DNA of 64,000 nucleotides from Candidatus Niyogibacteria bacterium (GTDB lineage Bacteria; Patescibacteriota; Minisyncoccia; JACROR01): NCBI GenBank assembly GCA_016214345.1, contig JACROR010000009.1, positions 241 to 64,240 of the forward strand, read 5' to 3'. Shown piece by piece: positions 39,544 to 47,548 of this stretch (position 1 is its first letter; each line of letters starts with the position of its first letter). The notes under the pieces were generated by a model. It saw only the letters and a program-made list of their open reading frames with translations, ran no database searches and was not told where the DNA came from. The position numbers and the translations under genes were made by a program.

Positions 39544-40360
39544 TCCGCCCAAACTCGCGTCTTCCATCCGCGTTCTTTTTTTCGGAGACATCATAGGCAA
39601 AGCGGGAAGGCGCGGACTTGCTTATCAGCTCCCTTTATGGCGGGCTAAATTCGCGCCCGATCTAATCGTCGCCAATGTGGAAAACATAGCGCACGGATTG
39701 GGCATAGGCAGAGCGTCACTGGAAGAAATACAAAAATTGGGCGTTAACATATTCACCGGAGGAAACCATATACTCCAAGGCAAGGACGCCCTCAAATTGC
39801 TCGCGGATGAAACCCTGCCCATCATGCGGCCGTTAAACGCTCCCGCCTCTTGGCCCGGTCGTGGATTTGTAACCAAAAAGATCGGCAATGAAACCAATGT
39901 AACCGTGGTCAATTTGATCGGCCAGCACGGCATGCGCGAACATTTTGATTCTCCCTTTGAGGCCATTGAAACCTTTCTGCAAAAAGATGATGTGAAACAA
40001 AATATCATAATAGTAGACATGCACGCCGAAACCACCTCTGAAAAAAAAGCTATGGGCTATTTTCTAGACGGAAAAACTTCTGTCGTATTGGGAACACATA
40101 CACACGTGCCTACGGCAGACGAACAAATATTGCCGCAGGGCACCGGATTTATCAGCGATGCGGGCATGATCGGAGCCCATAATTCCATAATCGGAGTTAA
40201 AATAAAAGAGGCGCTGGAACGATTAGCCACGAATTTACCCGCAAAATTTGAAGTGGAAGAGGCGGGGCCCGTGGAAATCAATGCCGTACTAGTGGATATT
40301 GATAAAAGTACCAAAAAGACGGTGGGGATAAATCGCTTGAGAAATATTGTTGACGCGTAA
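39512..40360 (+). CDS. ymdB: YmdB-family metallophosphoesterase (2',3'-cyclic-nucleotide phosphodiesterase)
   Basis: TIGR00282-like; conserved rny-ymdB synteny. Confidence 0.8.
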   Translation: MKPDSWNMPDNPPKLASSIRVLFFGDIIGKAGRRGLAYQLPLWRAKFAPDLIVANVENIAHGLGIGRASLEEIQKLGVNIFTGGNHILQGKDALKLLADETLPIMRPLNAPASWPGRGFVTKKIGNETNVTVVNLIGQHGMREHFDSPFEAIETFLQKDDVKQNIIIVDMHAETTSEKKAMGYFLDGKTSVVLGTHTHVPTADEQILPQGTGFISDAGMIGAHNSIIGVKIKEALERLATNLPAKFEVEEAGPVEINAVLVDIDKSTKKTVGINRLRNIVDA

Positions 40361-40429
40361 AATATGCGGTAAAATATAAGCATATAAAGGTCTTAACAAA
40401 ATTAAAGAATAATAATAAAAACTTACCTA

Positions 40430-40702
40430 ATGAATAAAGCTAAATTAGTAGAGATGGCGCATGAAAAAATAGGCGGCACTAAAAAATCAGCCGAAGAGCT
40501 GGTAGATATGATTTTTGACTCTATCGCCGGCGAACTTAAGAAGGGAGGAGAAGTATCTTTGTCCGGATTCGGCATATTCGCGGTCAAGACCAGAGCCGCC
40601 AGAGAGGCCCGCAATCCCCGCACCGGCGCAACCGTACATGTTCCATCCATGAAAGTGCCCAAATTCCGCGCAGCCAAAGCCCTGAAAGACCTGGTGAGAT
40701 AG
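40430..40702 (+). CDS. hup: DNA-binding protein HU
   Basis: GFGIFAVKTRAAREARNPRTGATVHVP. Confidence 0.95.
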   Translation: MNKAKLVEMAHEKIGGTKKSAEELVDMIFDSIAGELKKGGEVSLSGFGIFAVKTRAAREARNPRTGATVHVPSMKVPKFRAAKALKDLVR

Positions 40703-40719
40703 TAGACTGTTTTATAATT

Positions 40720-40756
40720 AAAAAATGCGTTTCGTTTTTACGAAGCGCATTTTTTA
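40720..40756. terminator. bidirectional rho-independent terminator
   Basis: aaaaaatgcgtttcg-ttttta-cgaagcgcatttttt. Confidence 0.85.
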
Positions 40757-40960
40757 ATTCTTTTTACTATTTTTTTTATTTTTTTCTTGTTTTAAATCTT
40801 CATCTTTTTTAAAAAGGGTGTTTGCGTCATTCTCTATCATTTTAACGATATTCTTTATGGTTTCCTCGTAATTTCCGGCAGAACGACCGTTTAAAAACTT
40901 CAAACACTCGTCCCTAAACCGCGACAAAAAATAGCCAGCATTTCTGGTAACCTTATCCAC
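40754..40960 (-). CDS. small hypothetical protein (GTG start, strong SD aaggagg)
   Basis: SD 6 nt upstream of GTG. Confidence 0.45.
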   Translation of the reverse strand: MDKVTRNAGYFLSRFRDECLKFLNGRSAGNYEETIKNIVKMIENDANTLFKKDEDLKQEKNKKNSKKN

Positions 40961-41049
40961 GCCGCACCTCCTTGCTCCCCCTTTTACAAAAATTTTTATT
41001 TTTTAAAGTGCCGGCGACAATATTTCGCCAGGATCCCGTTTAAAACTTA

Positions 41050-41120
41050 TGCGGACGGCGAGAATCGAACTCGCGCCCTCTGCTTGGAAGGCAGACGTTC
41101 TGCCATTAAACTACGTCCGC
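41050..41120 (-). tRNA. tRNA-Gly(TCC)
   Basis: Acceptor gcggacg/cgtccgc, anticodon stem tctgc/gcaga, loop ctTCCaa. Confidence 0.85.
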
Positions 41121-41290
41121 CCAATTTAGATCCTTTGCGTAAACGGGATCCCCGCAAAACATTGCGTTCTATATTTTTTTAAGCCCACCCACCGGTGCCA
41201 TCTTTATACATACCAAAATTATAGCAAAAAAATAATGTTTGCGTCAAAAAAAATGAACTCAAATTTTATTTTGTCAGCTTTTAATCTAAA

Positions 41291-41361
41291 ATCGGGGTAC
41301 CCAGATTCGAACTGGGACTACATGCTCCCAAAGCATGCGTGCTGCCATTACACCATACCCC
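41291..41361 (-). tRNA. tRNA-Pro(TGG)
   Basis: Acceptor cggggta/taccccg, anticodon stem catgc/gcatg, loop ttTGGga. Confidence 0.85.
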
Positions 41362-41430
41362 GTTGTTGCCGGAAACCGTTTTCAGAAATTGTCGGACCCG
41401 TCGATCCACTTCCGACACCCTAATACTAAA

Positions 41431-41832
41431 CTAGCCGACATCCTCCGTAAACCTCATTTTAGCTTTTTTATTGGCCACATCCACAAATACCGCCAAAATA
41501 TCAATTTGCCACTCTTGATCTTGTTTCACATTTTTATACCCCAAGTACGACTGAATCACACTATTTAATCTTTTCAATTTAAAATAATTAACGTTGTCTT
41601 CCGGATCCACCTCCCGCCCCCTATCGGAAACTCCATTTCCGTTATCTTTGCAAGAAACAGACTTAACTTCTACAAAATGTAAGATGCCGGACTTTTGCGC
41701 CACGATATCAATTTCTCCCCAAGGCCTCCTAAAATTTCTATCTATAACGGCATAGCCATTCTTAATTAAATATTTTGCCGCCATATTCTCGCCCAGCGCG
41801 CCAATAAATTTTTTAGTATTATTCAGCGCCAT
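41431..41832 (-). CDS. YraN/UPF0102 family endonuclease
   Basis: GEIDIVAQ...HFVEVKS PD-(D/E)xK motifs; a REP copy lies in-frame in the variable loop. Confidence 0.75.
   Translation of the reverse strand: MALNNTKKFIGALGENMAAKYLIKNGYAVIDRNFRRPWGEIDIVAQKSGILHFVEVKSVSCKDNGNGVSDRGREVDPEDNVNYFKLKRLNSVIQSYLGYKNVKQDQEWQIDILAVFVDVANKKAKMRFTEDVG
41624..41641. repeat. REP copy a (tcggaaaCTCCAtttccg)
   Basis: Shares the palindromic core found in copies b-e. Confidence 0.7.
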
Positions 41833-41859
41833 AAATAATATGTTTCATATGAAACAAAC

Positions 41860-42597
41860 TTAGAGTTTATTGCCAAATAAGGCTAAATCTATATCTGACA
41901 ATTCTCCGCCCAAAATATCATTAATAAGAATCTCTAAATCTTTGTAACTCTCCATTATGTCCGACAAACTGCCCCTATCAGTAACAAAATTAAAAGCGTC
42001 CTTTCCTCCCATGGCCGATCGATAACTTGAGTATTTATAATTTTCTAAAAATCGTTTGGCTTCTTTGATGTTGTCTATGCCGCGTTCTTTCCAGTCGGAT
42101 TTATAAAGATTCAGGGCATTGGTAAGAATATAAACCAGAACATGCTGTAAATGCGCGCCCTTGTCGGCTAATTTAACTTTGTATGGCCCCTGGAATAAAG
42201 CACCGACACGCTGGTATTTTTTGTTAAATCCTTTGGTATAAGCCACTGAAATACGCTGCATAAAATCACTAATACTGCCGTCTTTAATGGATCTTACTAA
42301 AATATGAAAATGATTAGGCATCAAAGTAAAGGCCGCAACATCTACTAGTCTGTCTCTGTTATCTGAAGAAAAATTGACTTCTTTTATTCTTTTTTTAAAA
42401 GCGGTGTCCGGCAAAGTTACAAAATTATTACATTCATATAAATGAAACAAAAAACGAGCATAATCCTCATTATCTAAAAATATCCGGCGTTTTTCTACGC
42501 CACGATTATAAACATGATACCACTCATTATTTACCAGATCTCTCATAAATTTAATGATAGCATACAAAAAATCTGTAGAAAACGTCGGAAACTCCAT
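41860..42597 (-). CDS. REP-associated tyrosine transposase (RAYT; IS200/IS605 Y1 HuH family)
   Basis: WYHVYNRGVEKRRIF; HuH motif LMPNHFHILV; REP copies flank the gene and one encodes its start codon. Confidence 0.75.
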   Translation of the reverse strand: MEFPTFSTDFLYAIIKFMRDLVNNEWYHVYNRGVEKRRIFLDNEDYARFLFHLYECNNFVTLPDTAFKKRIKEVNFSSDNRDRLVDVAAFTLMPNHFHILVRSIKDGSISDFMQRISVAYTKGFNKKYQRVGALFQGPYKVKLADKGAHLQHVLVYILTNALNLYKSDWKERGIDNIKEAKRFLENYKYSSYRSAMGGKDAFNFVTDRGSLSDIMESYKDLEILINDILGGELSDIDLALFGNKL

Positions 42598-42603
42598 TTC
42601 CGG
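42585..42603. repeat. REP copy b
   Basis: tcggaaactccatttccgg; overlaps RAYT start codon. Confidence 0.7.
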
Positions 42604-42834
42604 TTGTACTTTAACGCGCTGTCTTTTATATCATGTCCAATAAACTAATAGTCCAATAGATTTTTTAGAGAAATTAACAAGATATGCACACAATAAATGT
42701 TTCATGTGTAACTATTTAATTATTAGACTGTATAGCGTCGCATTTCGCGCCACATCTCGCAGCATAGCGAAGATTCCGAATGAATGTAATGTGAAGAGCA
42801 GACAAAAACATAGTCGCTACGCTCTTAGTTTTTA

Positions 42835-42905
42835 TGGACCCGGGGGGAATCGGACCCCCGCCTCAGCAATGCGAATGCTGCGTAATGCCACTTTACTACG
42901 GGCCC
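42835..42905 (-). tRNA. tRNA-Ala(CGC)
   Basis: Acceptor gggcccg/cgggtcc with G3:U70, anticodon stem cagca/tgctg, loop ttCGCat; T-loop TCCGATT. Confidence 0.85.
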
Positions 42906-42910
42906 CTTTA

Positions 42911-42981
42911 TCGGGGTGCTGGGAATCGAACCCAGACTACAGACTCCCGAAGCCTGCGTACTGCCACTATACTACACCCCG
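42911..42981 (-). tRNA. tRNA-Pro(CGG)
   Basis: Acceptor cggggtg/caccccg, anticodon loop ttCGGga, T-arm ctgggTTCGATTcccag. Confidence 0.85.
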
Positions 42982-43009
42982 TTAAGTTTCACATGAAACA
43001 TCCACCTTA

Positions 43010-43028
43010 TCGGAAATGGAGTTTCCGA
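43010..43028. repeat. REP copy c (opposite orientation)
   Basis: tcggaaatggagtttccga. Confidence 0.7.
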
Positions 43029-43041
43029 TTAATCTGACAAA

Positions 43042-44544
43042 TTATTTCACATGATACTTCTTTTCTATCTCCTCAATAACCTCCTCTTCCGCCATAGAAC
43101 TTCGTTTCTTAGCTTCCATGCCGGCCTGAGCCAAGTCTTGGTCACTTAATGTCGCCAATCCTTGAGCCTTATTTAATAAATAGGCTTCGGTATTTAATTT
43201 AGGATCATCCAGCACCTCATCCAGTAAGATATTCAGTATAGACCCTATTTTAGGACCTGGCGATAGACGAGCAGCGGACATAACGCGTTCTCCATCTATA
43301 TTTAACATACCAACGGATATCGGATCGCGCGACACTTCCTCTATCATAGCCTGATATTTTCTTAAACGAAAAGGTTGTTCCTTGGGCCTGCCCATACCTA
43401 TTCTGTCACAAAAGCGCACTTTCATTAAGTCATCTATATTTTCCGGACCAACATTCCTAACCACTCTACGCACCGCGGAAAGCGTTATCACCGCGGTATC
43501 AGAAAAAAAGAGGTGATGTCTGACCAATTTTGACACCCTATCTACGAATTTTTGAGGAAATTTTAGACGTGTCAGCGCCTTCTCGGTCATACGCCCGCCA
43601 ACCACGTCATGGCCATAAAACGTTGATTTAGGGCCATCTCCACGCTTGGTGTGGGGCTTAGCGATATCGTGTAGCAACGCCCCCATCCGCACCTCCAAGC
43701 TCCACCCCTTCTCCGCCGCATGAGACAAAGCTCGCAAATTATGATCCCATACCGTAAAAATATGATCTTTATTCTGGGTAACGCCAAAACCCTTCTCTAA
43801 TTCCGGCATAACATATTTTAATACGCCATATTCTCGCATCAATTCAAAACCGCGCGCGGGATCGGACGCCATCATAATTTTTTCCAATTCATCACGAATC
43901 CTCTCCTTAGCAATCATCTCCAAAGATACGGAATTTTCTTGAAGCGCCTCGCGCGTTTTATCTTCCAATTTAAAATTAAGCTCGGTTGCCAAACGTACCG
44001 CGCGCATCATGCGTAAAGCATCCTCCGCAAACCGCTCTTTTGCCTCTCCTACGGCCTTAATTATGCCTTTTTGCAGATCTTCCCTGCCTCCGAAGAAATC
44101 AATGATCTTACCGGATTCCAGATCCAGAGCCAAAGCATTAATAGTGAAATCCCTGCGTTTAAGATCCTCCTCCAGCTTTTCCGCGAATCGCACCGCGTCA
44201 GGATGACGCTGATCGGAATACTTTGATTCCACGCGATAAGGCGTGATCTCAATGGTTTTTAAGGTCGGATCTTCCGTGGCCGAAACCACACTTACCGTTC
44301 CATACTTGTTTTCATAAAAACTTTTTTCGTAAAGCTTAACTATTTCCTCCGGTTTGGCATTGGTCGTGATATCCCAATCCTTCGGTTTTTTACCCATCAA
44401 AATGTCACGCACGCAACCGCCCACAAAATAAGCCTCAAAGCCGACTTTTTTCAAAGCCAAATAAGCCTCTTGAGCCTCTGGAGGAATTTCGTGTTTCTCT
44501 ATTTTTTCACAATCAGCCACTTTAGCGGATTCGTATTTAGCCAT
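43042..44544 (-). CDS. cca: CCA-adding tRNA nucleotidyltransferase with HD domain
   Basis: GGCVRDILMGKKPKDWDITT head motif; C-terminal HD. Confidence 0.85.
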   Translation of the reverse strand: MAKYESAKVADCEKIEKHEIPPEAQEAYLALKKVGFEAYFVGGCVRDILMGKKPKDWDITTNAKPEEIVKLYEKSFYENKYGTVSVVSATEDPTLKTIEITPYRVESKYSDQRHPDAVRFAEKLEEDLKRRDFTINALALDLESGKIIDFFGGREDLQKGIIKAVGEAKERFAEDALRMMRAVRLATELNFKLEDKTREALQENSVSLEMIAKERIRDELEKIMMASDPARGFELMREYGVLKYVMPELEKGFGVTQNKDHIFTVWDHNLRALSHAAEKGWSLEVRMGALLHDIAKPHTKRGDGPKSTFYGHDVVGGRMTEKALTRLKFPQKFVDRVSKLVRHHLFFSDTAVITLSAVRRVVRNVGPENIDDLMKVRFCDRIGMGRPKEQPFRLRKYQAMIEEVSRDPISVGMLNIDGERVMSAARLSPGPKIGSILNILLDEVLDDPKLNTEAYLLNKAQGLATLSDQDLAQAGMEAKKRSSMAEEEVIEEIEKKYHVK

Positions 44545-44729
44545 ACACTTTGCGCGACCTAAAAAACAAGGAGCGGAGCGACTATGTTTTGGGAAGTACT
44601 CTTGTGGTGCGCCCGGCAGGACTCCTCGTGCCTCTTATCGCGCGAGCCGAGGTTTGTCGGCACCTACGGCGCAACGCTAAACCCTTCGAGTCCTGACGCA
44701 AGCAAAACAATTTGCTTGCTCCTGTCTTG

Positions 44730-44802
44730 CGCGCCCGGCAGGACTCGAACCCACAACCCCTTGGTCCGAAGCCAAGTGCTCTATCCATTGAGCTACGGGC
44801 GC
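44730..44802 (-). tRNA. tRNA-Arg(TCG)
   Basis: Acceptor gcgcccg/cgggcgc, anticodon stem cttgg/ccaag, loop ctTCGga. Confidence 0.8.
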
Positions 44803-44971
44803 TTTTTAACTTAATAAAAGGCACTACCTTTTGTTGCGTCGTCGCTCGCCTGCCTGCCGGTAGGCAGGAACGAAGCGTGATCCGCCGACTGGCGGACATT
44901 CCGCTCCTCGCTAGACGCAATAAACAATGTAAGAGTACCACATTTTAACCTATTAAACAACTGCGTATAAT

Positions 44972-44996
44972 CTGTCGGAAACTCCATTTCCGACAG
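44972..44996. repeat. REP copy d (10-bp stem: ctgtcggaaaCTCCAtttccgacag)
   Basis: Perfect palindrome with 5-nt loop, 10 nt downstream of xerC-like gene stop. Confidence 0.75.
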
Positions 44997-45005
44997 ATTG
45001 TATTT

Positions 45006-45926
45006 TCATCGCCTTTGTTTCCCGTGAAACGCCGCATGGACTTCACGAAGCTGTTTATCGGTTACGTGGGTATAAACCTGCGTAGTGGTGATGTTGGCAT
45101 GGCCAAGCAAAGCCTGCACCGACCGCAGATCGGCTCCATTGGATAACAAATCGGTCGCGAAACAATGACGAAGCACGTGCGGAGTTACTTTTTTGGAAAT
45201 GCCTGCTTTGATCGCGTAATATTCAACCATCCTCTCCACTGAACGGGGAGTCAAACGAGCGGTGTCGCTTAATTTATCTTTCCCACCGCGCCTGAAATTT
45301 ATAAAAAGCGCTTCTCCCAGGTCGCCTCGTTTATCCAAATATTCTTTAACGGACAACTTCGCGCTATCGGACAAGAAAACCACTCTCACCTTCTCTCCTT
45401 TCCCGCGCACCGAAAACTCTCCTTTATTTAAATTAAAAGAGTCGCGATTTAGCGCGCAGAGCTCGGATACGCGAAGTCCGGTAGAAAATAAAAGTTCCAA
45501 AATAGCCTTGTCCCGTAACGATTTTAACGATTTCTCCTTCGGAGCATTGAGCAAACGCTCCAATTCATCCTCATCTATCAGGTCAAGCTCTCTGCCGCCA
45601 ACCTTAGCGAGCTCGATCCTGTCGGCGGACAAAGACGGAATACCGCGCTTGGCCAAATATTTCAAGAAACCGCGCAAACCTATCAAATAATAATTCTGGG
45701 TTTTTTTCTTAATATTTTCTCCGGATGGTATTTCTTGTCTATTTAACCATAAACGATATTGCCTAATAAGTTCGTCGGTAATATCTTGCGGCGATCTGAT
45801 CTTGGCATAATCCAAAAAACGCGCGAGGTAGCGATCATAATTCTCCACGGTGCGGAGACTGCGGCCCTGCTCTATTTCCAAATGCTCCAAGAATTCTTTA
45901 TGTAAAACACGAATATCGCCTGACAT
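45006..45926 (-). CDS. tyrosine recombinase, XerC/XerD family
   Basis: R...HxxR...Y catalytic residues in HVLRHCFATDLLSNGADLRSVQALLGHANITTTQVYTHV. Confidence 0.85.
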   Translation of the reverse strand: MSGDIRVLHKEFLEHLEIEQGRSLRTVENYDRYLARFLDYAKIRSPQDITDELIRQYRLWLNRQEIPSGENIKKKTQNYYLIGLRGFLKYLAKRGIPSLSADRIELAKVGGRELDLIDEDELERLLNAPKEKSLKSLRDKAILELLFSTGLRVSELCALNRDSFNLNKGEFSVRGKGEKVRVVFLSDSAKLSVKEYLDKRGDLGEALFINFRRGGKDKLSDTARLTPRSVERMVEYYAIKAGISKKVTPHVLRHCFATDLLSNGADLRSVQALLGHANITTTQVYTHVTDKQLREVHAAFHGKQRR

Positions 45927-45967
45927 ATTATTATTTTATCACATTTTTAAACACAATGTCGCACAAT

Positions 45968-45992
45968 TTGTCGGAAATGGAGTTTCCGACAA
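45968..45992. repeat. REP copy e (inverted relative to d)
   Basis: ttgtcggaaaTGGAGtttccgacaa, 42 nt upstream of xerC-like start. Confidence 0.75.
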
Positions 45993-46049
45993 TAAAAAAC
46001 AACAAAAAAATAAAGGCCGTCCTTAAATGGAACGGCCTTTTAAAATTAC

Positions 46050-46232
46050 TTAGTGATTACGCATACCAGGGTGGAAAAATCGACATCTGCGACCACAACC
46101 GGAATGGTCACATTCTTTGTCTTCCTTGCCCTTACTTTCGGTTCTTCGGGCTGACCAACCGCAACTCGCAACAAAAAAACCAACAACAAAAACAATGCAT
46201 GCAAACAACGCTACTTGGACAATCGTAAGCAT
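46050..46232 (-). CDS. small TM peptide with Cys/His-rich C-terminal tail (paralog 2)
   Basis: SD aaggagg; MLTIVQVALFACIVFVVGFFVA then CGWS...ECDHSGCGRRCRFFHPG. Confidence 0.5.
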   Translation of the reverse strand: MLTIVQVALFACIVFVVGFFVASCGWSARRTESKGKEDKECDHSGCGRRCRFFHPGMRNH

Positions 46233-46250
46233 AAGACTTGCCTCCTTGTA

Positions 46251-46472
46251 TTAAACTTTAGTGCCAACGCTATGGCTATGCAAGCTGTGGCGGCTGCGGC
46301 CGCAAGTGCAATGACAATCGGTTTTGGGATCCGATGCGCCGGTAGCGCAAGAACAGCCCTTTTCCTGGGTTTTGGGCTGGCTGGTTCTGACCATGTAGAG
46401 CCCCACCCCAAAGAGTAAAAAGAGTAAAAGCGCCAACAAGCCCAGCACAATATCTGTAATAGTTAGACTCAT
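46251..46472 (-). CDS. small TM peptide with Cys/His-rich C-terminal tail (paralog 1; start at internal Met with strong SD)
   Basis: SD aggagg then ATG: MSLTITDIVLGLLALLLFLLFGVGLYMV...GCSCATGASDPKTDCHCTCGRSRHSLHSH. Confidence 0.5.
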   Translation of the reverse strand: MSLTITDIVLGLLALLLFLLFGVGLYMVRTSQPKTQEKGCSCATGASDPKTDCHCTCGRSRHSLHSHSVGTKV

Positions 46473-46597
46473 AACTCCTCCTGTGGTTAACGCGTTAACT
46501 TTTATTGTCAAAATACTATTTTAGATATATAATCTATAACAGCCACTTTGTCAAGCCCAGACTTGCACTTTGTAACAAAATATGCTAACTTTGAAAT

Positions 46598-46879
46598 ATG
46601 TTAAATGTGAAGGAAAAACAAAAAATAGTGGAAAAGTTCAGAACGCATGAAAAAGATACCGGCTCTTCGGCGGTGCAAATCGCTATCGTAAGCGAAGAAA
46701 TCAAACGATTAGCCGACCACTTAAAGACCCATCACAAGGATAATCATTCCCGCCGTGGGCTTTTACAGATGGTCGCCAAACGAAAATCGCTTTTGGACTA
46801 TCTCGCGGAAGACGATCCCAAAGGCTACAACACCGTGGTCCGCAAATTGGGGCTTAAAAAGAAAAAAGTGCAAATTTAA
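46598..46879 (+). CDS. rpsO: 30S ribosomal protein S15
   Basis: GSSAVQIAIVSEEIKRLADHLKTHHKDNHSRRGLL. Confidence 0.95.
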   Translation: MLNVKEKQKIVEKFRTHEKDTGSSAVQIAIVSEEIKRLADHLKTHHKDNHSRRGLLQMVAKRKSLLDYLAEDDPKGYNTVVRKLGLKKKKVQI

Positions 46880-46918
46880 CATTATGTTTCAAGACGGAAC
46901 GGGGGGGTACATATAAAA

Positions 46919-47422
46919 ATGAACACGGCACAGCACAAAAGCCAAAGGGTGGCAGTTTTTTTGGATGTTCAAAACCTTTATCATTCGGCGCGAAGCATTT
47001 ACGACGCGCGGGTCAATTTCAAAGAACTGCTCAAAACCGCGGTAGGAGGACGCAACCTGATCCGCGCTTTTGCTTATGTCATAAGCACCAAAACCGGGGA
47101 AGAAAAACCGTTTTTTGAAGCCTTAGTTAAATTGGGCATAGAAACCCGAGAAAAACCGCTGCAAGAATTTTTCGGGGGCATGAAAAAAGCGGATTGGGAC
47201 GTAGGGCTCTCCATTGACGCGGTCCGGATCGCCCAGACCGTGGATACTGTAGTCATCGCGAGCGGAGACGGAGATTTCATACCCCTCGTGGAATACTTGA
47301 AAAACCAAGGCAGGCGAGTGGAAGTGATATCTTTCGGCAAATCCACTTCCTCGGCCCTTAAAGAAGTAGTAGACGAATTTGTTGACTTAGGCGCGTCCGC
47401 GAAGTATCTTATTAAAAAATAG
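46919..47422 (+). CDS. NYN/LabA-domain protein (predicted RNA nuclease)
   Basis: VAVFLDVQNL; DGDFIPLVEYL. Confidence 0.75.
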   Translation: MNTAQHKSQRVAVFLDVQNLYHSARSIYDARVNFKELLKTAVGGRNLIRAFAYVISTKTGEEKPFFEALVKLGIETREKPLQEFFGGMKKADWDVGLSIDAVRIAQTVDTVVIASGDGDFIPLVEYLKNQGRRVEVISFGKSTSSALKEVVDEFVDLGASAKYLIKK

Positions 47423-47548
47423 CGAATTAACAATTATTATAAAATAACGGCGGCTTTCGCTAAGCCTCACCTTCAGATAGGTAGATTATCCCGCACAGCG
47501 GGACTAGTCTAAAATCTGGCGGCGAGCCCGCGAACCGCTCCATCATTT

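Noticed and set aside
44582-44948. GC-rich ORFs 44582..44941(-), 44584..44814(+), 44712..44948(+)
   Set aside because: They overlap tRNA-Arg(TCG), its partial duplicate and palindromic repeats. The Arg/Pro-rich translations are typical of GC-rich noncoding sequence.
45956-46228. ORF 45956..46228(+)
   Set aside because: It starts inside REP copy e and runs antisense to the two SD-supported Cys-rich peptide genes.
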